Shown piece after piece: positions 1-10,225 of a stretch of 61,666 bases of DNA. The stretch spans positions 1 through 61,666 of the IMG/VR virus record IMGVR_UViG_2874968258_000001, one strand, 5' to 3'. The first letter of the stretch is position 1; each line of letters opens with the position of its first letter. A model generated the notes under the pieces. That model was not told the DNA's origin. It made no database searches and worked only from the letters and a program-made list of their open reading frames with translations. Origin of the DNA: a virus (lineage: Duplodnaviria; Heunggongvirae; Uroviricota; Caudoviricetes). The position numbers were made by a program, and so were the translations under genes.

Positions 1-363
1 ATGCAGACGAAACAACGTCTTGATGTACCGCTGAGTCTGAAATCTGTCAGTGACTCCGGTGAGTTTGAAGGGTATGGCTCCGTCTTTGGTGTAAAGGACA
101 GCCACGATGATGTGGTGATGTCCGGGGCATTTGCTGCTTCCCTGCGGGCGTGGAGTGACAGAAAAGCGTTACCTGCGCTGCTCTGGCAGCACCGCATGGA
201 TGAACCCATCGGTGTTTACACCGAAATGAAGGAAGACGATGTCGGGCTTTACGTCAGGGGACGGTTGCTTATTGATGATGATCCCCTCGCAAAACGTGCA
301 CATGCACACATGAAGGCCGGTTCGTTAACCGGCCTTTCTATTGGGTACGTCCTGAAAGACTGA
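1..363 (+). pseudogene. HK97-family prohead (head maturation) protease, N-terminal ~120 aa only, truncated by IS insertion
   Basis: Translation carries prohead-protease-like motifs (EFEGYGSVFG, LLWQH, PIGVY, GLSIGY); the TGA stop at 361-363 is the first 3 nt of the IS left end; downstream head genes are absent. Confidence 0.6.
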
Positions 364-424
364 GGTAGCCTGAGTTTAACGGACGCTCCTTCCTGAAATA
401 GAATGGCATCAGAAGGAGCTAATA

Positions 425-727
425 ATGAGCAGAAAAACCCAACGTTACTCTAAAGAGTTCAAAGCCGAAGCTGTCAGAACGGTTCTTGAAAATCAACTTT
501 CGATCAGTGAAGGCGCTTCCCGATTATCTCTTCCTGAAGGCACTTTAGGACAATGGGTTACCGCCGCCAGAAAAGGGCTCGGTACTCCTGGTTCCCGCAC
601 GGTGGCTGAACTGGAATCTGAAATTCTGCAACTGCGTAAGGCGTTAAATGAAGCTCGCCTTGAGCGAGATATATTAAAAAAAGCAACAGCGTATTTTGCA
701 CAGGAGTCGCTGAAAAATACGCGTTAA
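425..727 (+). CDS. IS3-family transposase OrfA (HTH)
   Basis: 100-aa ORF MSRKTQRYSKEFKAEAV... with leucine-zipper-like C-terminus; A7 slippery run at 676-682 inside the ORF. Confidence 0.85.
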   Translation: MSRKTQRYSKEFKAEAVRTVLENQLSISEGASRLSLPEGTLGQWVTAARKGLGTPGSRTVAELESEILQLRKALNEARLERDILKKATAYFAQESLKNTR

Positions 728-762
728 TCGAACAATGGCGACAACAATTTCCCATTGAAGCG

Positions 763-1581
763 ATGTGTCAGGTATTTGGTGTATCCAGGAGCGGTTATTA
801 CAACTGGGTACAGCATGAACCCTCAGACAGAAAACAAAGTGATGAGCGGCTAAAACTGGAGATTAAGGTGGCACATATCCGCACTCGCGAAACATATGGA
901 ACCCGGCGGCTCCAGACGGAGCTGGCAGAGAATGGCATCATCGTTGGTCGTGACCGACTGGCACGTCTTCGTAAGGAGCTAAGGCTACGCTGTAAGCAGA
1001 AACGCAAGTTCAGAGCGACTACGAACTCGAACCACAATCTGCCAGTTGCGCCAAATCTGCTGAACCAGACGTTCGCTCCTACAGCACCAAATCAGGTCTG
1101 GGTGGCGGACCTGACGTATGTTGCCACACAGGAGGGATGGTTGTACCTCGCTGGCATCAAAGATGTTTATACGTGCGAAATTGTCGGCTACGCCATGGGA
1201 GAGCGCATGACAAAAGAGCTGACAGGTAAAGCCCTGTTTATGGCGCTCAGGAGCCAGCGCCCACCTGCCGGGCTAATCCACCACTCTGATCGAGGTTCAC
1301 AGTACTGCGCATACGATTACCGGGTCATACAGGAGCAGTCTGGTCTGAAAACATCAATGTCGCGTAAAGGTAACTGTTACGACAACGCTCCGATGGAAAG
1401 CTTCTGGGGAACGCTGAAAAATGAGAGCCTGAGCCACTATCGTTTTAATAACCGGGATGAAGCCATCTCAGTAATACGGGAATACATTGAGATTTTCTAC
1501 AATCGTCAGCGTCGTCACTCTCGTCTGGGGAATATCTCCCCGGCAGCCTTCAGGGAAAAATATCATCAGATGGCTGCTTAA
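763..1581 (+). CDS. IS3-family transposase OrfB (DDE catalytic domain), expressed as OrfAB by -1 frameshift
   Basis: 272-aa ORF in the -1 frame relative to OrfA; integrase-core-like motifs (WVADLTY, HSDRGSQY, NCYDNAPMESFWGTLK). Confidence 0.85.
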   Translation: MCQVFGVSRSGYYNWVQHEPSDRKQSDERLKLEIKVAHIRTRETYGTRRLQTELAENGIIVGRDRLARLRKELRLRCKQKRKFRATTNSNHNLPVAPNLLNQTFAPTAPNQVWVADLTYVATQEGWLYLAGIKDVYTCEIVGYAMGERMTKELTGKALFMALRSQRPPAGLIHHSDRGSQYCAYDYRVIQEQSGLKTSMSRKGNCYDNAPMESFWGTLKNESLSHYRFNNRDEAISVIREYIEIFYNRQRRHSRLGNISPAAFREKYHQMAA

Positions 1582-1643
1582 AAAAAGAACAAATGGTAGT
1601 GTCCGCTATTGCCAGTACACCTCAAGGATAAGGCTAAAAAATC

Positions 1644-3140
1644 ATGACGATAAGTTTTAATACTGTTCCGTCGAATACGCTGGTGCCGTTGTTCTACGCC
1701 GAGATGAACAATTCTGCGGCAAATACAGCGGTGACCAGCGCGCCTGCATTACTGATCGGGCATGCCAGCAACGATGCAGCCATTGAGGTTAACAGCCTGG
1801 TGCTGATGCCATCGGCAGATTATGCCCGCCAGATTTGTGGGGCGGGGAGCCAGCTGGCGCGTATGGTGGAAGTCTACCGTCAGACAGATCCTTTCGGTGA
1901 ACTGTATGTTATTGCAGTACCGGAAGCCAGAGGGGCGGCGGCGACGGTCAGGGTGACGGTTGCCGGAGAAGCAGAGGAAAGCGGCACCCTGAGTCTGTAT
2001 GTCGGGCGCTCCCGTGTACAGGTGCCTGTGGTGAATGGCGATGATGCCACTGCGGTTGCCACCGCGATTAAGGAAGCGGTAAACGGGGTTATCACCCTGC
2101 CGTTTACGGCGTCATCTGATGCAGGTGTGGTGACGCTGACTGCCCGTCATAAGGGGCTGTATGGTAATGAGTTACCGGTCTGTCTGAATTATTATGGTTC
2201 TGGTGGTGGTGAGATTCTGCCAGCAGGGCTTCGGGTGGTGACGGAAGTCGGTGCTGCCGGTAGCGGAGCGCCTGATCTTACCGCCGCTGTTGCTGCTATG
2301 GGCGATGAGGCATTCGACTTTATCGGTCTGCCGTTCAACGATGCCGCCTCCATCAATATGATGATGACCGAAATGAATGACAGCAGCGGTCGCTGGAGTT
2401 ATGCGCGCCAGTTATACGGGCATGTCTATACCGCAAAACTGGGAACGCTGTCAGAGCTGGTTGGTGCCGGAGATATGCATAATCAGCAACATATCACGCT
2501 TGCCGGTTACGAAAAAGAAACCCAGTCGCCTGTCGATGAACTGGTTGCCAGTCGCCTTGCCCGTGAAGCGGTATTTATCCGGAATGATCCTGCCCGTCCG
2601 ACACAGACGGGGGAGCTGGTGGGGATGCTTCCGGCACCGAAAGGTAAGCGATTCATCATGACAGAGCAGCAGACCCTTTTATCTCACGGCGTGGCGACGG
2701 CTTATGTGGAAGGCGGCACGTTGCAGATCCAGCGTTCCGTAACCACCTACAAAAAGAATGCGTATGGCGTGGCAGACAACAGCTATCTGGACAGTGAAAC
2801 TCTGCATACCAGTGCATATGTTCTTCGCAAACTGAAATCGGTCATCACAAGCAAGTACGGACGTCACAAGCTGGCAAATGATGGTACCCGTTTTGGTCCG
2901 GGGCAGGCGATTGTCACTCCTGCCGTTATCAAAGGGGAACTTCTGGCGACATATCGTCAGATGGAGCGTGCCGGTATTGTGGAAAATTACGATCTGTTTA
3001 AACAGTATCTGATAGTTGAGCGTGATGCAGATAACCCGAACCGACTGAATACGCTGTTCCCGCCGGATTATGTTAATCAGTTACGTGTCTTTGCGGTGGT
3101 TAACCAGTTCCGTCTTCAGTATTCAGAGGAGTCAGCATAA
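1644..3140 (+). CDS. Phage contractile tail sheath protein (Mu/SfV-like)
   Basis: 498-aa ORF with RBS, directly followed by tube and chaperone genes; sheath-like sequence by recollection. Confidence 0.7.
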   Translation: MTISFNTVPSNTLVPLFYAEMNNSAANTAVTSAPALLIGHASNDAAIEVNSLVLMPSADYARQICGAGSQLARMVEVYRQTDPFGELYVIAVPEARGAAATVRVTVAGEAEESGTLSLYVGRSRVQVPVVNGDDATAVATAIKEAVNGVITLPFTASSDAGVVTLTARHKGLYGNELPVCLNYYGSGGGEILPAGLRVVTEVGAAGSGAPDLTAAVAAMGDEAFDFIGLPFNDAASINMMMTEMNDSSGRWSYARQLYGHVYTAKLGTLSELVGAGDMHNQQHITLAGYEKETQSPVDELVASRLAREAVFIRNDPARPTQTGELVGMLPAPKGKRFIMTEQQTLLSHGVATAYVEGGTLQIQRSVTTYKKNAYGVADNSYLDSETLHTSAYVLRKLKSVITSKYGRHKLANDGTRFGPGQAIVTPAVIKGELLATYRQMERAGIVENYDLFKQYLIVERDADNPNRLNTLFPPDYVNQLRVFAVVNQFRLQYSEESA

Positions 3141-3496
3141 TGGCAAAGATCGCCGGAACCTGTTTTTTTAAAGTGGATGGTCAGCAGTTATCGCTGACAG
3201 GTGGCATTGAAGTGCCGATGAACACCAATGTCCGGGATGACATCGTCGGCATGGCAGGGGATGTGGATTACAAGGAGACCTGGCGGTCACCTTACGTTAA
3301 GGGCACGTTTAAAGTGCCCAAAAACTTTCCGGTCGACAAAATTACCACCTCAGACCAGATGACGATTACCGCTGAGCTGGCAAACGGCATGGTGTATGTG
3401 CTTTCGGCGGCATGGCTGCACGGAGAGGCTAATCATAATGCCGAAGAAGGCACGGCAGATCTTGAATTCCACGGCGAAGAGGGAGGGTATCAGTAA
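3140..3496 (+). CDS. Phage tail tube protein
   Basis: 118-aa ORF starting on the sheath stop, in canonical sheath-tube order. Confidence 0.65.
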   Translation: MAKIAGTCFFKVDGQQLSLTGGIEVPMNTNVRDDIVGMAGDVDYKETWRSPYVKGTFKVPKNFPVDKITTSDQMTITAELANGMVYVLSAAWLHGEANHNAEEGTADLEFHGEEGGYQ

Positions 3497-3923
3497 TGGC
3501 AATGAACGTTACAGAAATAGTTTTAAAAAAACCGGTGACAGCGCATAACGAAATGCTGCATGTGCTGGAGTTGCGCGAGCCCACGTATGACGAAATCGAG
3601 GCGCTGGGTTTTCCTTTCATTATTTCCGGTGAAGGCAGTATTAAACTGGACAGCCAGGTGGCACTGAAATATATCCCGTTGCTGGCGGGGATCCCGCGTT
3701 CATCGGCGGCGCAGATGGCAAAACTGGATATTTTTAAGACCAGCATGCAGATCCTGCGTTTTTTTACCCAGTCGGAGACGGGAAGCACCTCCGGAAACGA
3801 CTCTACAATGTTGCCTGGTTCTGGAAACTGAATCCACTGGAGCTGCGACGGGGGGCTGTTTCGCAGTTTACAGAACTGGAAGCCGAGGCCGTCCGCATTA
3901 ACGAGGAGATGAAGCATGGCTGA
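3496..3923 (+). CDS. Tail assembly chaperone; short form ends 3831, long form by programmed -1 frameshift at T7 run 3759-3765 and ends at 3923
   Basis: Slippery cgT TTT TTT aligned to the zero frame; the -1 frame stays open for ~53 codons (FFYPVGDGKHLRKRLYNVAWFWKLNPLELRRGAVSQFTELEAEAVRINEEMKHG) and ends just inside the tape measure start; position upstream of TMP is conserved in tailed phages. Confidence 0.55.
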
Positions 3924-5865
3924 CAGTTTTCAGCTGAAGGCGATCATCACTGCCGTGGATAAGGTATCGGCACCGCTGAAGGGAATGCAGCGCCAGCTGA
4001 AAGGTTTTAAAAAGGAGTTTGCCAGCCTGTTACTGGGCGCAGCGGGTGCCGGAACCGCAGTACTGGGGGCGCTGGCGCTCCCGGTCAAATCTGCCATTGC
4101 CCTTGAATCAAAAATGGCGGATGTCCGGAAAGTGGTGGATGGTCTGGATACGCCGGAAGCGTTTAAGGCAATGACGGAGCAGGTGCGCGACCTGTCAACA
4201 GAACTGCCCATGTCGGCGGAAGGTATCGCCGAAATTGTGGCGGCGGGTGGTCAGGCTGGTATCGCCCGTGACGAGCTGATGCAGTTTACTGACGATGCCG
4301 TGAAGATGGGCGTGGCCTTTGACACCACGGCAGAAGAATCCGGTCAGATGATGGCGCAGTGGCGCACTGCCTTTAAACTGACACAGGGAGAGGTGGCAGG
4401 GCTTGCGGATAAGATTAACTATCTTGGTAATACCGGTCCTGCAAGTGCGAAAAAGATTTCTGATGTTGTGACCCGTATTGGCCCTTTAGGCAGTGTTGCG
4501 GGTGTGGCCTCCGGAGAGATTGCCGCAATGGGGGCAACCATTGCCGGAATGGGGGTGGAGTCAGAAATTGCTGCGACGGGGATAAAGAATTTTATGTTGT
4601 CGCTGACAGCGAGGGATTCTGCCACCAAATCGCAGAAAAAAGTGCTCCGCTCGTTGCGCATTAGCCCGAAAAAACTGGCGGCGGATATGCAGAAAGACGC
4701 CCGCGGGGCCATGCTGCACGTACTGGATTCTCTGGCAAAAGTGCCGAAAGAAAAACAGGCTGCTGTGCTGAAAGCGCTGTTCGGGAAGGAATCCCTGGGG
4801 GCCATTGCGCCGCTGCTCACGAATCTGGATTTGTTGCGAACCAACTTTAATCGTGTGGCGGATGCGCAGCAGTATGGCGGCTCAATGCAGAAAGAATATG
4901 CCGCCCGTGCCGCGACGACAGAAAATCAGTTGTTGCTGCTGCAGAACCAGATCAATGCGATTTCTTCCACGCTGGGGGAAACCTTCCTGCCTTCACTCAA
5001 TGAAGGCATAAAAGAGATGAAGCCTTTTCTGGAAGAAGTGCGCACGTTTGTCAGAGAAAATCCTGAGGTCGTAAAAACCATCGCGAAAACTGGTGCGGCA
5101 TTACTGACGATGGGCGTGGCGATTGGCACATTGACACGCATAACAAAAATCATGGGTAGCGTGATGAATATGACGCCGGCAAAGGGATTAATTGCGCTTC
5201 TCGTCGGTGGTGCATATCTCATAATTGATAACTGGGAAACGGTCGGTCCGGTTGTGAAAAAAGTCTGGCAGGAGGTTGATCAGGTTGTCAGAGCAATGGG
5301 GGGATGGGAACAGGCAGTAAAAACAATAGCAACGGTTTCTGCCCTGTATATTGGTGTGAAGGCGGTGGCAAGTATTCGTGCGGCAACAGTCGCCCAGAAT
5401 CAATGGACAACGGCGGCAGGAAAAACAGGGCTGAAATTAAAGGGCCTCGGAAAGATCAGTCTGATTGGTGGATTGCTTGAACTGGGCATGATGGCGCAGG
5501 AGTTTGAAAAAGCACATCCCTGGCTTGTTAAAAATTTTGTGGCTGATGCACTGAACAGTGGATTTGGTCTGAATGATAAGTTCGACGAGTGGGGCAAACA
5601 GTTCCATGATTTTGTCTATGACATGACCGGATGGCAGATGCCACGTGGTGATGGGTATTTATCTCCCGATAAACGCTACACCCCGAATGTATCACTGGAA
5701 AGGAATCAGCTGTTAAGCCTTGCATCTTCACCGGCAACCCGCAGCGAACTTAAGGTGACGTTTGACAACGCGCCGCCTGGAATGCGCGTTATCGATTTGC
5801 CGAAAACAGGCGATCCCTTTATGAAAATCACCCATGATGTTGGGTATTCTCCATTTAAAAGGTGA
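3916..5865 (+). CDS. Tail tape measure protein
   Basis: 649-aa ORF, Ala/Gly-rich with predicted hydrophobic segments, located after the chaperone pair. Confidence 0.75.
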   Translation: MADSFQLKAIITAVDKVSAPLKGMQRQLKGFKKEFASLLLGAAGAGTAVLGALALPVKSAIALESKMADVRKVVDGLDTPEAFKAMTEQVRDLSTELPMSAEGIAEIVAAGGQAGIARDELMQFTDDAVKMGVAFDTTAEESGQMMAQWRTAFKLTQGEVAGLADKINYLGNTGPASAKKISDVVTRIGPLGSVAGVASGEIAAMGATIAGMGVESEIAATGIKNFMLSLTARDSATKSQKKVLRSLRISPKKLAADMQKDARGAMLHVLDSLAKVPKEKQAAVLKALFGKESLGAIAPLLTNLDLLRTNFNRVADAQQYGGSMQKEYAARAATTENQLLLLQNQINAISSTLGETFLPSLNEGIKEMKPFLEEVRTFVRENPEVVKTIAKTGAALLTMGVAIGTLTRITKIMGSVMNMTPAKGLIALLVGGAYLIIDNWETVGPVVKKVWQEVDQVVRAMGGWEQAVKTIATVSALYIGVKAVASIRAATVAQNQWTTAAGKTGLKLKGLGKISLIGGLLELGMMAQEFEKAHPWLVKNFVADALNSGFGLNDKFDEWGKQFHDFVYDMTGWQMPRGDGYLSPDKRYTPNVSLERNQLLSLASSPATRSELKVTFDNAPPGMRVIDLPKTGDPFMKITHDVGYSPFKR

Positions 5866-6097
5866 GTTCTTTTTTTGTGGTGAAAGATGAGGCAAAATTA
5901 TCGCGTAACATGCTAACAATGGAGTTTGTTTTGTGATAAAGCCATTTTTAATGACGGTTGCAATATTAACCTCTTGCTGTGCTCAGGCGAAAATACTAAC
6001 AAATGAGGAGATTGTTTCACGATTTATTAGTAACGTTAAAACGGTGATGCTGCCAACTTACTGATTTAGTGTATGATGGTGTTTTTGAGGTGCTCCA

Positions 6098-6373
6098 GTG
6101 GCTTCTGTTTCTATCAGCTGTCCCTCCTGTTCAGCTACTGACGGGGTGGTGCGTAACGGCAAAAGCACTGCCGGACATCAGCGCTATCTCTGCTCTCACT
6201 GCCGTAAAACATGGCAACTGCAGTTCACTTACACCGCTTCTCAACCCGGTACGCACCAGAAAATCATTGATATGGCCATGAATGGCGTTGGATGCCGGGC
6301 AACTGCACGCATTATGGGCGTTGGCCTCAACACGATTTTACGTCACTTAAAAAACTCAGGCCGCAGTCGGTAA
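6098..6373 (+). CDS. insA: IS1 InsA
   Basis: 91-aa [43 protein letters not shown]... Confidence 0.95.
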
Positions 6374-6795
6374 CCTCGCGCATACAGCCGGGCAGTGACG
6401 TCATCGTCTGCGCGGAAATGGACGAACAGTGGGGCTATGTCGGGGCTAAATCGCGCCAGCGCTGGCTGTTTTACGCGTATGACAGTCTCCGGAAGACGGT
6501 TGTTGCGCACGTATTCGGTGAACGCACTATGGCGACGCTGGGGCGTCTTATGAGCCTGCTGTCACCCTTTGACGTGGTGATATGGATGACGGATGGCTGG
6601 CCGCTGTATGAATCCCGCCTGAAGGGAAAGCTGCACGTAATCAGCAAGCGATATACGCAGCGAATTGAGCGGCATAACCTGAATCTGAGGCAGCACCTGG
6701 CACGGCTGGGACGGAAGTCGCTGTCGTTCTCAAAATCGGTGGAGCTGCATGACAAAGTCATCGGGCATTATCTGAACATAAAACACTATCAATAA
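6292..6795 (+). CDS. insB: IS1 InsB frame (made as InsAB' by -1 frameshift at the A6C motif)
   Basis: 167-aa ORF overlapping insA in the -1 frame; identical copy present in the second IS1. Confidence 0.9.
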
Positions 6796-7198
6796 GTTGG
6801 AGTCATTACCCGTTAAAACATCTGCAGATAATGACGTTGACTTGGATACAGATGGATTCAGACAACTGAGGATATCGTGCCCATCCCCTTCTGCCAGCGG
6901 TGCGATTATATTGAGAAAAGCTTCTTATGAATTCGGCAAAAGTATAGGTGTATTTGATTTTGCAAACAATGCATCACCAGCGACGATGACATTTTTGATC
7001 CCAATATATAAAGATGATGATTTTGATTCAGATACTGTTGGTTTTACATTTGCGTTCAAGATGCCAAGAGGCCAGTTTTTTGTAGATGTAAAAGAAAACG
7101 GGAATATCAGAGCTGGAGTTAATGTTAATGGCGAGTCGGGAGTGACCTACGAAAATTGCAAATTGAATATGAAAGATATTAATGATGATTAATATATA

Positions 7199-7226
7199 AG
7201 CCGCCAGAAATTGGCGGTTTTTTTAT
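7199..7226 (+). terminator. Rho-independent terminator after the disrupted lipoprotein gene
   Basis: Hairpin CCGCCAGAAATTGGCGG followed by T7. Confidence 0.6.
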
Positions 7227-7238
7227 AGTGGAGACAGT

Positions 7239-8630
7239 ATGGACTTACCTTCTTTACCTTCTCTTTCTTCACTCTTTTCTGCATCTTCAGGTATCAATTG
7301 GCGCGATAATCTTTACGACGCTTCATTTCGTGGCGTTCCGTTTTCGGTGGAGAGCGACGAGGGTTCGTTCGGACGCCGCGTTCAGGTCCATGAATACCCA
7401 AACCGTGACAAACCGTACACGGAAGATCTCGGGCGTGCCACGCGACGGCTGACGATTAATGCGTATCTCGTTGGTGATGATTACGCAGAGCAGCGCGACA
7501 GGCTGATTACAGCGATTGAAACCGCCGGGCCGGGGACGCTGATCCATCCGCAGTTCGGTGAAATGCAGGGCTGTATTGACGGGCAGGTGACCGTTTCTCA
7601 CTCCGGCACTGAAGGCCGTATGTGCCGGGTTTCATTTCAGTTTGTTGAGAGCGGGGAACTGTCATTTCCGGTCGCCGGAGCTGCAACCGCCAGAAAACTG
7701 GAGGAGTCGTCCGTATTCCTGGATGAGTTGATTGAAGACATGTTCGGCGATTTTGATCTCGCGGGAATACCGGACTTTATTCAGAACGATGTTATTGCCC
7801 GGACGACCGATATGCTGGGAACCGTTCAGACAGCTTTCAAAATGGTTAATTCGGCTGTTTCTGCCGGAGCGAGACTACTGCAGGGCGATTTATCCGTCAT
7901 TCTGATGCCGCCGTCGGTTGCCAGTGATTTTGTGCATACGTTGCAGGATACCTGGCGGGCCGGAACCCGGCTGGTGGATAACACACAGGATCTGGTGCAG
8001 TCCATAACGACAATGTCCGGCATTACGCTGGACCCAGGACTGGCACCGCGTGCGGTGTGGCCCACAGATTCCGCATCGGTTATCAGGCAAAAACAGCAGA
8101 CAAACCTTGTGGCTGCTGTCATCCGGACGACGGCAATCAGCGAAGCCACAAGGGCGGTCACTTCACTGCCACAACCCGGAAGCCTGGTGAAAAATCAGCA
8201 GGCGGTTGTGGCTGTTGGTGGTTCCACTGAACGTCAGTCCGATATTATTCACGTTTCTCATCCGGCACTTGACAGCGTGGCAGCCAGCACAGGACAGGAT
8301 GAGAGAGCGCAACCACCCACGCGGGAAAATCTCACCATCATACGCGAATCGCTGAACGCGGCGATTGAACAGGAGCTCAGGCGTACGGCGGATGACAGGC
8401 TGTTTTTTCAGCTGACGTCATTACGTACAGAACTGAACCGGGATATTCAGGCGCGTCTGGTTCAGACGGAGGAAACCGCAGAGCGAACGCCAGCGGAAGT
8501 TCTGCCTGCGCTTGTTCTGGCTGCGTCATGGTACGACGATGCGTCCCGTGAAACTGATATCCTGGATCGAAATGCCATCTCTCATCCGGGCTTTGTTCCG
8601 GTCAGGGCATTAAGGGTACCCGTCAGATGA
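7239..8630 (+). CDS. Mu gp43-like DNA circulation / tail protein
   Basis: 463-aa ORF between TMP and baseplate genes in Mu-like order. Confidence 0.65.
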   Translation: MDLPSLPSLSSLFSASSGINWRDNLYDASFRGVPFSVESDEGSFGRRVQVHEYPNRDKPYTEDLGRATRRLTINAYLVGDDYAEQRDRLITAIETAGPGTLIHPQFGEMQGCIDGQVTVSHSGTEGRMCRVSFQFVESGELSFPVAGAATARKLEESSVFLDELIEDMFGDFDLAGIPDFIQNDVIARTTDMLGTVQTAFKMVNSAVSAGARLLQGDLSVILMPPSVASDFVHTLQDTWRAGTRLVDNTQDLVQSITTMSGITLDPGLAPRAVWPTDSASVIRQKQQTNLVAAVIRTTAISEATRAVTSLPQPGSLVKNQQAVVAVGGSTERQSDIIHVSHPALDSVAASTGQDERAQPPTRENLTIIRESLNAAIEQELRRTADDRLFFQLTSLRTELNRDIQARLVQTEETAERTPAEVLPALVLAASWYDDASRETDILDRNAISHPGFVPVRALRVPVR

Positions 8631-9709
8631 ATGATACCGTTTTACTTCGGGTTTCCGGTCGCGAATGGGGCGGCTGGACATCCGTCCGTATCAGTGCGGG
8701 CATTAACCGTATTGCCCGGGATTTTAATGTTGCCATTACCACCCGCTGGCCCGGAAGCCGGGATTATCAACCCCGGATAAAAAATGGTGAGCTGGTTGAA
8801 GTGCTTATCGGGGATGAGCCTGTGCTCACCGGATATGTGGAGGCACTACCGCTTCGTTATGACGCCAGCAGCGTCAGCATGGGAATTGTCGGGCGAAGCA
8901 AAACAGCCGATCTGGTTGACTGCTCTGCTTTGCCACTCCAGCAGAGCGGAAAAAACCTGCTCAGAATAGTCAGTGAACTGGCTGCGCCATTTGGCATCAC
9001 CGTTGTTGATGCTGGCGTGCCGCAGACAGCGGTGATTGATGCCCAGCCGGAACACGGCGAAACCGTTGCCGATTGTCTTAACCGGTTACTGGGGCAGGTT
9101 CAGACGCTGGCTTATGACGATGAATGCGGGCGACTGGTTCTGGGAAAACCCGGAACAGGTAAAGCGGCGACGGCGCTGGTGCTGGTGCTGGGAGAGAATA
9201 TTCTTTCCTGTGACACGGAAAGAAGCATCAGAGAGCGGTTTTCTGAATATCAGGTCAGTGGGCAGCGCCCGGGCAACGACGATGATTTTGGTGAGGCCAC
9301 CATTGCCGCAATACGTCAGACCATTCAGGACAGTGGCGTGACCCGTTATCGCCCTTTGTTGATTCAGCAGTCAGGCACAGCAACGACAGCAACCTGTAAG
9401 GCCCGTTGTGAATTTGAAGCGCGCCAACGGGCTGCGCTTACCCGTGAGACAACATATACGGTTCAGGGCTGGCGGCAGGGCAGTGGCGCGTTATGGCGTC
9501 CGGGGTTATCTGTCATCGTTTTCGACCCGCTGAATAATTTTGATAATGATGAACTGGTGATCGCAGAAGTTACCTATAACCAGGACGACCGGGGCACGAC
9601 GACTGAATTACGGGTTGGCCCGGCAGATGCTTATCTCCCCGAGCCTGTTACCGCCAGGAAGAAAAAAATGTTGAGGAGGATTTCTGATGAACGGGTTTTC
9701 TCTTCGTAA
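8627..9709 (+). CDS. Mu gpP (gp44)-like baseplate hub protein
   Basis: 360-aa ORF overlapping the previous stop; position in baseplate cluster. Confidence 0.65.
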   Translation: MNDTVLLRVSGREWGGWTSVRISAGINRIARDFNVAITTRWPGSRDYQPRIKNGELVEVLIGDEPVLTGYVEALPLRYDASSVSMGIVGRSKTADLVDCSALPLQQSGKNLLRIVSELAAPFGITVVDAGVPQTAVIDAQPEHGETVADCLNRLLGQVQTLAYDDECGRLVLGKPGTGKAATALVLVLGENILSCDTERSIRERFSEYQVSGQRPGNDDDFGEATIAAIRQTIQDSGVTRYRPLLIQQSGTATTATCKARCEFEARQRAALTRETTYTVQGWRQGSGALWRPGLSVIVFDPLNNFDNDELVIAEVTYNQDDRGTTTELRVGPADAYLPEPVTARKKKMLRRISDERVFSS

Positions 9710-10220
9710 TCTGATTTCCCGGGCTGTCATCACGGCGGTGGATTCCGCCAGAAAGTGTCAGTCTGTAGGGTTGAAAATGATAGCCGGAGATCAGAAACAA
9801 CACGTTGAGCACCTTGAACCTTATGGTTTTACATCTGCCGCACAGAACGGTGCTGAGGGCGTTGCTTTATTTCCGGCGGGCGATCGTTCTCATGGTGTGG
9901 TTGTGGTCGTGGCTGACAGACGTTACCGGCTGAAAGGACTGAAACGTGGGGAAGTGGCGCTTTATGACGATCTGGGACAGTCCGTTGTCCTGACCCGTTC
10001 CGGTATTGTGGTGGACGGGGCCGGGAAGGCCATAATTTTTAAAAACGCGCCTAAAGCGCGCTTTGAAATGCCAGTCGAATCCACCGCCGATATTACTGAC
10101 AATTGCGACAGTGGCGGACTCAGCATGCAGCAAATGCGGCAGGCCTACAATGCCCACAAACATACCGAAAATGGTGATGGTGGCGGGATCACTGACACGC
10201 CGGATCAACCGATGGGCTGA
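9687..10220 (+). CDS. Baseplate assembly protein V-like (Mu gp45-like spike)
   Basis: 177-aa ORF in baseplate cluster. Confidence 0.6.
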   Translation: MNGFSLRNLISRAVITAVDSARKCQSVGLKMIAGDQKQHVEHLEPYGFTSAAQNGAEGVALFPAGDRSHGVVVVVADRRYRLKGLKRGEVALYDDLGQSVVLTRSGIVVDGAGKAIIFKNAPKARFEMPVESTADITDNCDSGGLSMQQMRQAYNAHKHTENGDGGGITDTPDQPMG

Positions 10221-10225
10221 AAATC

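Larger units (their letters stand above)
361..1624 (+). mobile_element. IS3-family insertion sequence, IS600-like, 1264 bp, imperfect terminal inverted repeats TGAGGT...ACCTCA
   Basis: Ends 5'-TGAGGTAGCCTGAG and CAGTACACCTCA-3' form imperfect inverted repeats; two overlapping transposase ORFs in 0/-1 frames; flanking 3 bp differ (GAC vs AGG), so no target duplication. Confidence 0.8.
6043..6810 (+). mobile_element. IS1 (768 bp) with 9-bp target site duplication CGTTAAAAC
   Basis: Canonical IS1 ends GGTGATGCTGCCAACTTACTGAT ... AAGTTGGAGTCATTACC; duplication at 6034-6042 and 6811-6819. Confidence 0.95.
5933..7192 (+). pseudogene. Lipoprotein moron gene (~161 aa when IS is removed) disrupted by IS1
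   Basis: GTG 5933 with GGAG 8 nt upstream; N-terminus VIKPFLMTVAILTSC has a lipobox; reading frame resumes after IS1 plus 9-bp duplication (777 bp, in frame) as ...SNVKTSADNDVDLD... to stop 7192. Confidence 0.5.

Noticed and set aside
6797-7192. Independent 131-aa gene starting at ATG 6797
   Set aside because: The ATG and first codons lie inside the IS1 right end and the duplicated target; it is the 3' part of the IS1-disrupted lipoprotein gene
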